This document shows positions 51,324 through 64,000 of a DNA stretch of 64,000 nt, piece by piece. This stretch comes from Octopus bimaculoides. Taxonomy: Eukaryota. The translations under genes were made by a program, and so were the position numbers. The first letter of the stretch is position 1. Each line of letters begins with the position of its first letter. The notes beneath the pieces were generated by a model. It was not told where the DNA came from, ran no database searches, and saw nothing but the letters and a program-made list of their open reading frames with translations. The stretch is from contig NC_069004.1 in assembly GCF_001194135.2 (NCBI RefSeq), positions 1,893,639 to 1,957,638 of the forward strand, read 5' to 3'.

Positions 51324-52989
51324 GAAGAGACAATTCTATGATTACATTTCTAATTCTCTGTCGTTATCTCTCTTCTCTGCTGATGATGATTGAGAAGAGA
51401 AGCTAGCATCTTGTTCATCAGCTGGGAATCTACTGACACACTACATGTGGAGGCAACAGCTATTCGCATCAGTCAACTGTACAAGCTGCTCTACTATATG
51501 CTGCTAGCTGACCAGTGGATTAAAAACATTACTTTACCGGTTGATTTTTGGATGAAGATAACAAGACCAAGCTACACGTAGACACTATATCGTACGTCCA
51601 CCACCCAGAAATGGAACCCACCTTAAACAATATGGCTGTGAAACATTAGCTTTTATTTATTTATTTAATTTTCTTTGCAAATTTTTTTTTTTTTTTAATC
51701 TTTTCTGTTTAAAATCACAACTGTGAAGATGGAAGAATCGGTGGAATTGGTTTCAAGTTACATGCAATGCAAAGGAAAGGAGGCACCAAGCAAAGACCAT
51801 AGAAATACCTGTTCCCCATGTCTATATCTGTTAAAACTGTAGTGAACACTGTTGACATAAATGGTTCAGTATCTTATTAGAAACTTTTTTAGTTTCTGTT
51901 GCTGAAGTATCTTGGGGAAAAGGCCAATGTATAGATAATTGGTAGATCATTGGTATAATTGAATGCTCTTGTTGCCAGAGATTATAAAACTTTTTTCCTA
52001 TTTTCAAGGACCATTTAAATTATGTGGCTACAAGCTTATCACTATTCAGTTTGGGTTACTTGTGAGGAAATCTATTTTAAGGACAAGATGTATAAAAGTT
52101 AACGCAAAAAACATGAATACACCTGTGCATTTTAAATGTTTCATTTAAAACAGGATTGTTTCTACTGATCTAAGAAACACCTTCTAGATGTCAAATTTTG
52201 CTCGATATACATATAATTCTTTAGATGTCACTGTTAACCTTATTTATATTTTTGATAATTTTTCGTATATAGTTGACATCAATTTAGTCGTAATCAAGCA
52301 GAACCTTTAATGGCAGGGTCCTGTTTCATTGACAAATGAAGAGGATTGCACGTTAGCAAATTTTTTAAATGTAACGACTTTTGGTTAGATTCTACAGCAG
52401 TGACTTTACAATTAGTTTTGTAGTAAATCAGATCTTTTATTCTGCTNNNNNNNNNNCTAGTTTGCAATCCTATCCCATCCACCCCACAAAAACAGCAAAA
52501 TCTAGCCTCCAGACACTAGATAAAGCTGGATGCATTTAAATACAGCACGTGTGTTTGTGGCTGTGTGCGTGTGCATGTGTGTGCGTGTGTGTGACGCTAC
52601 TCAGTAGCACATGTTGCGCTGAATGTAAATATCCTCTTGCTTCCTCTTTTTATATATATACATATAAAACATTTTGTTTATTAACTGTCTCAACCACTGT
52701 GCCTCTCCTTGTTGAAATACATTTGGGACAAAGATGTGTTGAACTTGTTGGTTACTGTAGTGTAAGAACTATGGTCTGTCTAGAACATTCCTATGAACAT
52801 GACATCTACTATTCTGTGTGCGAGAATCAAAAGCACACCAGTTTAGTTTATTTATCTGAAAAGGGTTGTTGCTTCATTTATTCAAATATAAATAAAGTAC
52901 ATTTTTTAAAAAGTGTCTGAGTGCTTGACTTTTGCTTTGCCTATAGATTTACAAAGATGGATTATATCAACCAATTTATTTGTTCCAAC

Positions 52990-53105
52990 ATGGAAGTGTT
53001 ACAAATAAGAAGCATGGAACAGACTACCTGCATCAGTTGTTAGCTGCCGAGACATTGCATCCTTTAAAACCTCCAAGCTTCCTGAAATTCGCCAACACTA
53101 CACCT
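52990..53105 (+). mobile_element. CR1/L2-like LINE 3' end remnant
   Basis: EAWNRLPASVVSCRDIASFKTSK...* resembles the 'WN.LP..VV....l..FK' C-terminal motif. Confidence 0.55.
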
Positions 53106-53874
53106 GATATCCCACACCCTCCATACACATGCACACATGTATATCATGACTCATACACTGTTCCCCTTTCTGACTTTTGTACATGATTCTATGTACTGTA
53201 CATGCACCTTTGATGAGTTGTGGTGCACCTGAGCACAATTCACAAGAATTTCATTATTATTATTATTATTTTGAACAGGCTGATTACAATATAGAAGAAG
53301 AGTTTTATAAGTTGGTTTTCCATGAGGAGTGTAAATTTGAGCAAAAGGAAAGGGTGGGGAAAATTTGTTACTTGGACTGAACGAAAGTAAATGAGGAAGG
53401 AATTAAAAGTTGCGAGAGCCAAAAACTCCTGCTTAATTAGGGAAAACCTTTGTTGTGTCTTCAATGCACTGCAAGCATATGTGATACATGATGACGACGA
53501 TGACACAGCTGAAAAGAGTAACCACACACACACACACACACACACGCATACATCATCATCATTGTTTAATGTCCACTTTTCTGTGCTGGCATGGGTGAGA
53601 CTGAATTTGTTGAGGTACATTTCCTATGGCCAGATGCCTTTCCGGTTGCCAACCCCTCTCAACTGTTTCAAAACTAGGTTATATTTCTCCATGGAAGACC
53701 GGAAATGAATAACATTGCTTGTATAACAGTGATGTTCCTTAACAATCATCATAGTGGCAGCAGAAGATGCTGTCGTTGTTGTAAAAAAAGATATCTCCAC
53801 TGTTTCCAACAGCAGAAATATCCACGAAAGAGTTATATATAATGAACTTATTGTATACAGTGTTCAGATAAGAT

Positions 53875-54135
53875 ATGGGGACATGCACCTTTGCAGCGCG
53901 TCCTTGCATCCACCGTTTGTCTGGCCCCATCTCAGCGAAATACTTCATCTGCTTGACACATGTGACATGTGTCCGACCAACACGAGCCGTCATCCCAACT
54001 GGTTCCCCAGAGAAGAGAACACGATACGCAGGACTCATTACGAAAAATCAAACAACATGACCAAACAATCTGAACTTGACCGAAATCCTACAGCAGGATG
54101 CATCACAGTTTCTGAATATCTCCGTTGGGTTGGTA
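53875..54135 (-). mobile_element. RTE-like LINE 3' ORF fragment
   Basis: Minus strand FRLFGHVV*...PAYRVLFSGEPVG....GRTHVTCVKQM, matching the 'LRlFGHV.R...P...vl...p.g.RprGRP...W..q' tail of RTE-type LINEs. Confidence 0.6.
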
Positions 54136-54355
54136 ATTGAGAAAAATTATTAAACGTCAAGTAGCAAGCAAGGGAGACAACTTCAGATATTGACGGTTGA
54201 AAAATATCAAACTTATTTTTAATAAATAATGAAATATACCCTTTATATTTATCAATAAACCTTATTTTTGGTACCATACAAAGCATTCTTTTTCTCAAAT
54301 AACTGTTTCTTTTTGTAGGCTAGTTACTATCGTCAGCGAGCAAATGTCAAGGTAA

Positions 54356-54362
54356 ATGGCAG
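54356..54362 (+). CDS. Candidate start-codon micro-CDS (ATG GCA G) of the second OTULIN-like paralogue
   Basis: aaATGGCAG|gtaaaa gives a phase-1 donor that joins GG at 63841 to read MAGRDDEKNV...; splice logic only. Confidence 0.3.
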
Positions 54363-55089
54363 GTAAAAAATATTTAAAGAAATTAAAGTTGAAGTCGTTT
54401 CCCTTGCATTTCAGGTCGGGAATGATGTTAGTTAAATTGAAATATTTTTATTTTCTAAATCACAAGTCAAGTTACTTTTCGTGTTGAAAGTAGAGAAAAT
54501 AATATACTTAAATGCATTCTGTTATTATTAATGAATGGTGATCTACTTGAAGCAACATAAATTGACAATAGTTTTGCTCTGAGATCGTTATAAAATAACG
54601 CTTTCAAACTAGGGCACAGGGCTAGCAATTTTAGGGGCGAGTGATAGTCGATTACATCGACTCCAGTGCTTGACTGGTGCTTCATTTTATCGACCCCGAA
54701 AGGATGAAAGGCAGAGCTAACATCGGCAGGATTTGAACTGAGAACGTAAGGAGCCGGAATAAATGCTGCTATACATTTTTATCCGGTGCGATAATGATTC
54801 TATCAGCTCGCCACATTTAATAATTGTTTCAAACGTTGACACAAGGCCAGAAATTTTAGGGGAGCAAGTTAGACGATAACCTCGTCTCCTGTACTTGACT
54901 GGTACTTTATTTTATTGGCTACAAAAAGATGAGAGGTAACGCTGAGCTTGGATTTGAACTGAGAACGTAAAGAGCCGTATCTGAATACTGCAAGGCATTT
55001 TGTCCAAAAATGGGACAGAGGACCAGCACAAATACGTACTGAGCGAAAAATGGTCATACATCAACATATTCGAGACTTGTGCTGCTGTA

Positions 55090-56110
55090 AACAAGACATG
55101 CTTCTGGAAGGCACTGAGGAGGGTGGAATTGCCAGTGTATGAATCAAAGCCTTCCCAGCAAGCACGAGAACCTCGTATGAGCCTAAAATGACATCATAAA
55201 AAATTTAGAGAAATGCTCCGAGCGGGTTACATTCGAAACCATGTACTTTCTTTCAAGGATAAAGGAGAGGTAGAACCAAAAGAATTATAGACCTACCACC
55301 TGCCTGCCAGCAATGTCCACGACTATTACCTCCATTGTTAGCGTGAGAATCTAAAGCTGCCTCTACAAAAACATATCGCCAGCAGAACAGAAGCAGTGTA
55401 AGAAAGGAAGCTACGGATGCAAAAACAAGCTTCTGATCAATATAATCGTATTATAAGAAGTTAAATCGAATAAAAGAAACTTGCTAACAGTATGGAATGA
55501 CAAGAAGAAGACAGTGTGCCCCGCTCTTGAATAGAGGAAGCCTCAAGATTAGCAGAGTCTATCAAGCAACTCTGAAATTGATCGCAGTATGAAGTGCTGG
55601 GAGACCGCTCTGAATCTTTGTTAAAAACAGAAAACGTGCGTCTTCGAATTAAAAACATCAAATATACTTCCTGAAGGAAAAAGCAACACACTTCAAAAAA
55701 AAAAAAGCGTTTGATAACCCTGAAACTCCACCTGTAGGAAACGGGGTGAATACCATTTGCTCAAAAAGAGTAAAACAAGCATCAAGATGCCGCTGCCAGC
55801 TTCACATGTAGAAAATTTGGGGAGTGGAGATAAGATAGTGCACGTGAAGTACTCTAAATTGATTTATACATCGACTAAATAAAGACACATTAAAAGTTTA
55901 AGACTGACTATAGAGACGGGTCTTCATAATCACTGCACAATATTAGTCTTGCAACCAGATCCTATCACCATCGCATCATCAAGGATGGAATGAATCTGCA
56001 ATACAGGATCTGTGGAAAAGATGGATAAATTAATTGCCACATTGTCTTTGGATGCGTAAAACTAACAGAGACTATATACATCCAGAAGCGTTGTACCTGT
56101 GGGCGTTAAA
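55090..56110 (+). mobile_element. Degenerate R4/Dong-like (RLE-type) non-LTR retrotransposon, internally deleted
   Basis: RT motifs KNYRPTTCLP and AEQKQCKKGSYGCKNKLLIN...KRNLLTVWND (55270-55510); C-terminal knuckle region SLATRSYHHRIIKDG...RICGK...HIVFGC (55945-56065); many stops. Confidence 0.7.
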
Positions 56111-56993
56111 ATATTGTCTTTGGATGTCTAAAACTAGCTGAGGCTTAAACTAGACATCCAGAAGTGGTTCAAGGCAGCGGTGTACCTGTGGGCGTTAATA
56201 TATTAAGATGGCTGAGAAGTAGGATGGATCGTCAGCCAAACACGGTTATTGACAATAAGAGATACGTATCTCTATGCAGTCAGATAAAAGCCAACAAGCC
56301 TATCAACATGATTAGTGAATGGTGGGGAGGTTATGAGGAGGGGAGAGGGATGCACCAGTACCTGGCTGGTGTTTTTTTTTTCAGCTGAGTACACTGGAAC
56401 AATAGGAAACGAAGTGCCATTGTTCAAGGACACAATGCGTCACACGTCCCAGGAATCGAACCAAGGACCTTATCATCATGAACACACCTTACCATTAGAC
56501 TGAGCACCGTAACAGCAACATCGATAACAACGTTAATTCTTTTTGCTTTCGACATAAGACCTGAAATTTTGTGGGGATGAAAGCAAGTCGATTCCATTAC
56601 CCCAGTAATCGACTGGTACTTATTTTATCGACCACAAAAGGATGAAAGGCGAAGTGAACCTCAGCAGGATTTGAACTCGGAAAGTGAAGAGCTGAGAGAA
56701 ATGCCGCAAAGCATTTTCCCTGACGAACTAACGATTCTGCCAGCACGTGCCAAGGGGGGATGTGGGAGATGATACAGACAGACATAAAACGAGGGGGTGG
56801 GGTTACACAGGAAGGGAATGATTTTAGGAAAAAAGTATACGATCTTTGCTTCCCAACTACATGGCTCTGAGTTCAGTCCCACTGCGTGGCACCTTGGGCA
56901 AGTGTCTTCTACCATGACCTCAGGCAGATCAAAGCCTTGTGAATGGATTTAGTAGACGGAAACTGAAANNNNNNNNNNNNNNNNNNNNNNNNN

Positions 56994-57035
<42 letters not shown>

Positions 57036-57361
57036 TCCGTGTGAAACCGGTTAGTAAGATCGGCTGTAATGGATCTTAATACTGCGGTTTACTTGAATAG
57101 GTGTTTAGAACTCATAACTCGGTGGGGAATCTAATGTACCTTGTTCCATTCACTGCAACTGTAGGTTCAAGTCCAGCCGAATACCCTTTTCTGTGTTATG
57201 AGGATAAAATGTGGTGCAAATATTTGTTACAGCATTTCCATTTCCAATTTGGTCGTACCGTTGCCGACTCATATTAAAGAAAGATTTATATATCCGATTT
57301 CATGCCATACTGAAGAATATTTAAAGCGTTTACAATATGTAGGCAGCTATTTCCGTTCGAC

Positions 57362-57594
57362 ACGTTCTTTACTGCCCACGGGGGGCTAAACACAGAGGGG
57401 ACAAACAAGGACAGACAAAGGGATTAAGTCGATTACATCAGCCCCATTGCATATAACTGGTACTTATTTAATCGACCCCGAAAGGATGAAAGGCAAAGTC
57501 GACCTCGGCGGAATTTGAACTCAGAACGTAACGGCAGACGAAATACTGCAAAGCATTTCGCCCGGCGTACTAACGATTCTGCCAGCTCGCCGCC
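57362..57594 (-). mobile_element. SINE family A, long-tail variant, near consensus
   Basis: Reverse complement closely matches 33056-33288 including the tail; CpGs retained. Confidence 0.85.
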
Positions 57595-58537
57595 CTAAAT
57601 GATATAAGTACCAGTGGTGCACTAGGGTCGATGTAATCGACAGTCTCCGCCATACCCCGCCCCCACCAATATTCCAAGCNNNNNNNNNNNNNNNNNNNNN
57701 NNNNNNNNNNNNNNNNNNNNNNNNNNNNNNNNNNNNNNNNNNNNNNNNNNNNNNNNNNNNNNNNNNNNNNNNNNNNNNNNNNNNNNNNNNNNNNNNNNNN
57801 NNNNNNNNNNNNNNNNNNNNNNNNNNNNNNNNNNNNNNNNNNNNNNNNNNNNNNNNNNNNNNNNNNNNNNNNNNNNNNNNNNNNNNNNNNNNNNNNNNNN
57901 NNNNNNNNNNNNNNNNNNNNNNNNNNNNNNNNNNNNNNNNNNNNNNNNNNNNNNNNNNNNNNNNNNNNNNNNNNNNNNNNNNNNNNNNNNNNNNNNNNNN
58001 NNNNNNNNNNNNNNNNNNNNNNNNNNNNNNNNNNNNNNNNNNNNNNNNNNNNNNNNNNNNNNNNNNNNNNNNNNNNNNNNNNNNNNNNNNNNNNNNNNNN
58101 NNNNNNNNNNNNNNNNNNNNNNNNNNNNNNNNNNNNNNNNNNNNNNNNNNNNNNNNNNNNNNNNNNNNNNNNNNNNNNNNNNNNNNNNNNNNNNNNNNNN
58201 NNNNNNNNNNNNNNNNNNNNNNNNNNNNNNNNNNNNNNNNNNNNNNNNNNNNNNNNNNNNNNNNNNNNNNNNNNNNNNNNNNNNNNNNNNNNNNNNNNNN
58301 NNNNNNNNNNNNNNNNNNNNNNNNNNNNNNNNNNNNNNNNNNNNNNNNNNNNNNNNNNNNNNNNNNNNNNNNNNNNNNNNNNNNNNNNNNNNNNNNNNNN
58401 NNNNNNNNNNNNNNNNNNNNNNNNNNNNNNNNNNNNNNNNNNNNNNNNNNNNNNNNNNNNNNNNNNNNNNNNNNNNNNNNNNNNNNNNNNNNNNNNNNNN
58501 NNNNNNNNNNNNNNNNNNNNNNNNNNNNNNNNNNNNN

Positions 58538-58569
<32 letters not shown>

Positions 58570-60559
58570 CCAGTGCACGAAACTGTAGGCCCTTGGGTCA
58601 CTCTAACTTCTGCCGATTATTAATAATATATAGAGATAGATATAGACGTGTGTGTATTATGTGTATATACGTATGTGCGTGTGTATATATATATATGTGT
58701 GTGTGTGTGTGTATTTATATTATATATATATATTTCTATGTATGTATATGTGTGTGTATGTGTGTATAATTATATATATATGTATGTGTGTGTGTGTGTG
58801 TGTACACTTAGACAAAATTTTGGCCGTTTGACATATTTTCGAATAAATGGTAGCTGCTGCATCATGTGAGCTTCTAGCTTTTAACTGTGGAATCTCTAAC
58901 GTAAAATTCGGCAACAAATCCTAGAAAGGATCTTTGATTGCTTTCAATTATTTCCCTCCTTGTTCGTATGAATGAGCGCAGCCAAAATCATTCTGCCATA
59001 CACCAGTTCTGCAGACCAATATTTCACACACCTACACTTTTAGCATCAAACGACCGCATCTTTTTCTAATTTTTTTCAGAGCAATTAAGAGCATGGAATT
59101 TATTGTTTAACACTAAATTCAACTTTGATCGAACATATTTATTATCATTTATTTCAGAGGTGACCAACAACTTTATTATTTTTTTCTTTATTAAGAGCTA
59201 CATGATATAATATAATGTAGCTTTTTTATTTTAGATGGTTTAGGGCAATTTTAGACTGTTATTTCTAGAGGGTTCGACCAACCACACAGAGGTACAGTCG
59301 TCGGCGGTTAAGGTTACAATAGAAAGTTGGGATTTATTCTGCGCACCAATCTCTTGAATCGCTTGAAGAAATTGGTGATCTTAAAGTATAAAACTCTATT
59401 TTCACTTTCACAAAAGAAGTTTTCACTCTTTTTATGAATCCCCATTAGTAATTTATCAACTTTTACATTGATCTGAAGCAGCTTAGCATAACCATGTAAG
59501 ATACAGGCGACTATGCTTAGAAACTGAGATTATTGGAGACGTCTTCTTGCTGCCCGAGGTTATAGGCCAACTGTACGAGAGTGACTAACACTAAAACGTT
59601 ACTGGTATTTCCTCCTACCTTTAGTGTTCTCGTTGTTTAGTACCATTAGTTGTGTTCTGTGATTATTTATTTCGTGGATCTGCTATTCCATAAAATAAAA
59701 ATACATTTGATTTGCTGCAAATTTCGCATATGTGTCTGGTGGTGAGCGAGCATTGTCCCCAAATTCTTCTTGTGTTATTATAATGAATGCTATCTCCATT
59801 TGTATAAAACTGCTGGTTCGTAAAACGATAGTTGTGTCTGTAGTTTAAAGTCTGAAACACGTCTGATTCATTTGCGTAGACGGGGCTGCACGGATGAGCG
59901 AAGTTAAAGGTATGTATCCTGCTAAATGTACGTTCCAACGGCGAACATCCCAACTCTTTAAATTCTTTCAACCTGTGACCAACGCGTCTTTTCAAAGCGT
60001 TTCAACTGTAATCCTCCCGTGGTTTTTTGAAGTGTTTCGACCATGACCAATGCGTCTTTTAAAAGCGTTTCAACCGTGATCGTCCCCTGTTCCAAATGTG
60101 ACCATCTTGTCTTTTGTTTATGTCCAAATCTTTTTTATGTCCCGCCCTACTCTCTGTGTGTCCTTCTCTCCTTTTAAGACACATTGGATAAGATAGTCTG
60201 AAATACCTGCCTGGAGAATGAAAGGTCGTATAATCATGGGAGGACAGCCTTTGAACATAGGTCGGAGACCATGGCGTTTATGCCTACTTTCACTTTTCAG
60301 CCAGCAGCTACTTTCATTATGGTGTGTGTGTGTGTGTTGTGTGTTGTTTTTCACTTGTTTCAATCATTGGACCTCGACCATGCTGGAGCACTGCCTTGAA
60401 GGGTTTTAATCAAACAAATCGATCCCACTACTTTTTGTTTGAAGTCTAATATTTAGTCTATCGGTTATGGGGACGTTCACAAACCAACACCAGTTGCCAA
60501 ACGATAGGAGAGACAAACACCACACACGCGCACACACATGTATATACGAAGCCTGTCGC

Positions 60560-60598
<39 letters not shown>

Positions 60599-60599
60599 G

Positions 60600-60649
<50 letters not shown>

Positions 60650-63600
60650 ACACGTGTGTGTATGTAATACGTCTATGTGTGTGTGTGTGTGTGTATTTCT
60701 TATCTTTTACTTGCTTCAGTTATTGGACTGCAGCCATGGGGTGGGGGTCATCGCTTGGAGGGTTTTAGTAGAAGGAATCAACTTCAGAACATGCTGAACT
60801 TTTCCAGTCACATGGTTCTGGGTTCCATCCCACTGCGTGGCACCTTGGGCAAGTGTCTTCTACCATAGCCTCAGGCCAACCAAAGACTTGTGGGTGGATT
60901 TGGTAGACGAAAACTGAAAGAAGCCTGTCATATATATTTCCTTAAGCAAGACACTTCATTTCACATTGCTCCAGTCCACTCAGCTGGCAAAAATTGAGGC
61001 TGTATCCATAATTCAAAAGGTCCAGCCCTGTCACATTCTCTCCCTGAGAAATGCATTTAGGGTCGGATGTCTATGGAGTACTGAGCCACCTGCACTTTAA
61101 TTTGACGAGCAGACTGTTCCGTTGATTGGATCAACTGGAACATTCCTCAACGTAACTGATGAAGAGCCAGGCAGAATGGCAAAACTTGGAGCAAAGCAAA
61201 TAATACTATCAGTAATGTCATGTAAAAGAAATTCAAAAACTTTGAGGGAGAACATGACATATTTCTTTTTCAAAATGGTGAAGCGCAAACCAAATAAAGC
61301 TGTTGATGATGTGACTTCAGCAACAAACACATGTCTGTTTCATCTTTCCCAATGTGCTTTACTTGATTCTGTCCTTGGACTATGGCCATGCTGGGGCACT
61401 GCCTCAAAAGGTTCTAGTCAAAGAAATTCACCCCAGTACTTATTATTTTAAAGCTTGGTACTAATTCTGTCACTCTCTTTCGCTAAACCACTAAGTTGTG
61501 GGGACATAAATAAACCAACACCAGTTGTCAAGCAGTGGTGGGGAGCAAATGCAAGCACAAAGGCACCCACAGATATAGACATATATATGTGTGTGTGTGA
61601 TGGGATTCTTTCAGTTTCCATCTACCAACTCCACTCACAACGCCTTGATCGGCTTGAGGCTATAATAGCAGACATTTGCCCAAGGTGCCATGCAGTGAGA
61701 TTGAGCCTGGAACCATGTGGTTGACAAGCAAACTTCTTACCACATGGCCACACCTATTCCTCAAAATTAGATGCATTAGAGCTTTTCATCCATCAAATCC
61801 ACTCTCGAGGTTTTGGTCAGTCCAAGGCCAAAGTAGAGATTTGCCCTAAGTGTGTGCACGCGCATGTGTGTGTGTATGTGTGCGTGCATGCGTGCAAGTT
61901 TTTTTTTATACAAGGAAAAGGATATCAGTGATTTGTTCTTCACTATTCAGCTACACACACACACACAGAGTCTGAAACTTTAGCATAAAATCACCATTAA
62001 AAGCAATTAATTTATATCTAATTTTTTTTTTCAACTTTTAGGAGATACTGGAAGAAAAGATTTAGAAAAAGGTAAATATAGCTACAACCTGCACACACAC
62101 ACACACAAACACACACACACATCATTTACTTAATTATTTATTATTTGTTGTTCTTAAGCATTTTTGTTAACATTTTTCATTGTCTGTGTAACACTGCAAA
62201 TAATTTTTTGACAATGTTCAATTTAAAAAAATTTTTTTTTTGTGAACCAAAAAAGTCCCTGTACCCCATCTTCACCCCTAAACATTGTTATTAGATTATA
62301 GTGAGCAATACATGCTTTCAATAAAATAATTAATAATGATTAATTTTTGCCATTAGAATTGTTGTTTTTTTAATTATAGTATTTTCATTCAAACATAAAA
62401 TGCTTTCTTCGTAATAATAATAATAATAATCCTTTCTACTATAGGCACCAGGCCTGAAATTTTAGTGCAAATATAGCAGATTATGGCCAATACAATCAGA
62501 ATCTGAAAGCAAAATGAATAAATTACTCATTGTGACATTCTTAAAACATTGCAAGAGGCACAATTTTAAGAAAATACCATCTAAAACTGTTTTCTTAAAA
62601 ATCAGCCATTACTTTTACACTAACCTGATATGTGCAGTAAATTAAGAAGGTACTATATTCGATGACGTACGAGACACACTTTTTTTCCCAAAAATGGTCT
62701 CAGTTAATCACCATTTTGAATGTGAATTCCTTGCCTTGTGGTTGTATTGCCAGCTAGTTTTCATCACAATTTTGTTATTCCCGTTTGCTTTTTCTCCCAA
62801 GATGACTAGTAAGGGAATAATGTAGTGAAGCCTAAATTTGAAACCACGAAGGTTTAGTATCTAGGATCGAACTACATCAGATTGGGCGACTGCCCTGAAT
62901 ACTAAACAATCACTTTGCAGCAATATTATTGGAAGTTCCAGATGTGACCACATAAATGGGGTCCATGAAAGCAAGAGCATGCCAGAATCAGTGCAGTGGT
63001 TAGAGAAGGTCCCAGAGAAGATCGATGACGACAAGATTCTTGGTCCCTGCTCGACTTGTGTTTAAATGAATCTCTTCACCTACAATGCACTTCTCCAAGC
63101 ATGTACCATGAACACCATATCATTACCTCTTACCACATATAAATAAGCAGCTTGCCAGTTCTTAATCAGAGGTGCACATAGGTGAAACAGACAGGTCCAT
63201 AAGAAACTGGTTCCCTGGTTGCTGCTCAACCCTGAGTTAAAGGAATCATTGACTGCGAAGAACAGTATTTCCCCACCTCTCACATGAAGCCATTCTTATC
63301 TGTCATTAATAAACTTCATTTACTGCTGGCAGGCCACAACACAGTCCTGATAGGCATCCGTGTAATTAATGTAAATATTGCGATAAGCACATATATAAAT
63401 AAATGTTTATCAAATACAGTTCAGAGTTTGTTTTAATGTGGGACAGCACGTAGGTTAAACCGCATATCAATTAATCAAGTCCTGTCTAGAAAGTCTCACA
63501 ATGGTAAGCCACAACATTCATAGCCAAGTCCAACATGTCTTTTAACCATCCATATAGGACTTCATACCTAAAGATAAGAAATGCTTACATGCATCTGTGG

Positions 63601-63840
63601 TATGCATATTGTTAATATGAAATACTTTCTGTTCAATGTCAAGTGTACACAACTGATGTTGTTTTAAATCAAAAAAGCTACCTATGTATCATACATGGTA
63701 GTTGGCACCCTCTTGTAATAATTGAAATTCATCTTCAGGATTTTATAAATTCTCAAATATTAGGAACTGATGCTTTCTTCTTTTGCTTTTGTTTCTTTTC
63801 TTTTTTTTTTTTAATTATTTGTTTTAATAATATTTTACAG

Positions 63841-63950
63841 GGAGAGATGATGAGAAAAATGTTATAAATGTAGGCCCCCAACAAAATATACAAGAATATG
63901 GTAAAACTCGATGGCCTAGAGACAACCCAGTATCTCAGAAATATCGAGAG
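63841..63950 (+). CDS. Second OTULIN-like tandem paralogue, first OTU-domain exon; gene continues beyond the window
   Basis: attttacag|GG AGA...GAG|gtaaat; same length (110 nt) and phase (1 in, 0 out) as 47304-47413. (G)RDDEKNVINVGPQQNIQEYGKTRWPRDNPVSQKYRE; 18/36 aa and about 80/110 nt identical by manual count. Confidence 0.85.
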
Positions 63951-64000
63951 GTAAATATTTATATCAGTATTGCTCGTTTGTTTGCTTTTTCACTTGTTAG

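Noticed and set aside
52891-52896. AATAAA as the OTULIN polyadenylation site
   Set aside because: Plausible, but the hexamer is common in AT-rich DNA and cannot be supported without 3'-end data.
6398-58601. Long ORFs of 160-400 aa made mostly of X (e.g. 6398..7108, 16521..17726, 37744..38424, 57570..58601)
   Set aside because: They run through N gaps and are not evidence of coding sequence.
420-60868. Dozens of ORFs rich in RE, YI, HT/CV, LS or poly-Ser
   Set aside because: Translations of (GA)n, (TA)n, (CA)n and (AAG)n microsatellites.
62700-63400. Possible decayed Tc1 transposase on the minus strand
   Set aside because: Motifs too eroded to call without an alignment; no TIRs identified.

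Overview
AT-rich, microsatellite-saturated eukaryotic genomic DNA with assembly gaps. The tRNA-derived SINE families and dense (CA)/(TA)/(GA) arrays suggest an octopus (coleoid cephalopod); this is inferred, not searched. Almost all long ORFs in the track are microsatellite or N-gap artefacts. The real coding content is a spliced + strand gene of the OTULIN/FAM105 family (OTU deubiquitinase; OTULIN cleaves Met1-linked/linear ubiquitin). Six phase-compatible exons (39529-40999, 47304-47413, 48135-48287, 49739-49861, 50621-50887, 51144-51323) encode a ~490-aa acidic, Ser-rich, probably disordered region followed by an OTU domain with an intact Cys/His/Asn triad (RGDNYC...EDDRHYN). Two upstream exon candidates could splice in frame onto it: one encoding a transmembrane anchor (3884-4020) and one encoding a basic NLS-like segment (24224-24547). 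A diverged tandem paralogue starts at the window end (63841-63950, same exon length and phase, 18/36 aa identical), possibly with only a Met-Ala-Gly N-terminus. The large intron also holds a possible decayed antisense mucin-like/TM gene. Mobile elements include many SINEs, piggyBac-, hAT- and mariner-type MITEs, a DD37D (maT) transposase relic, and Penelope, R4/Dong, RTE and CR1/L2 retroelement fragments.
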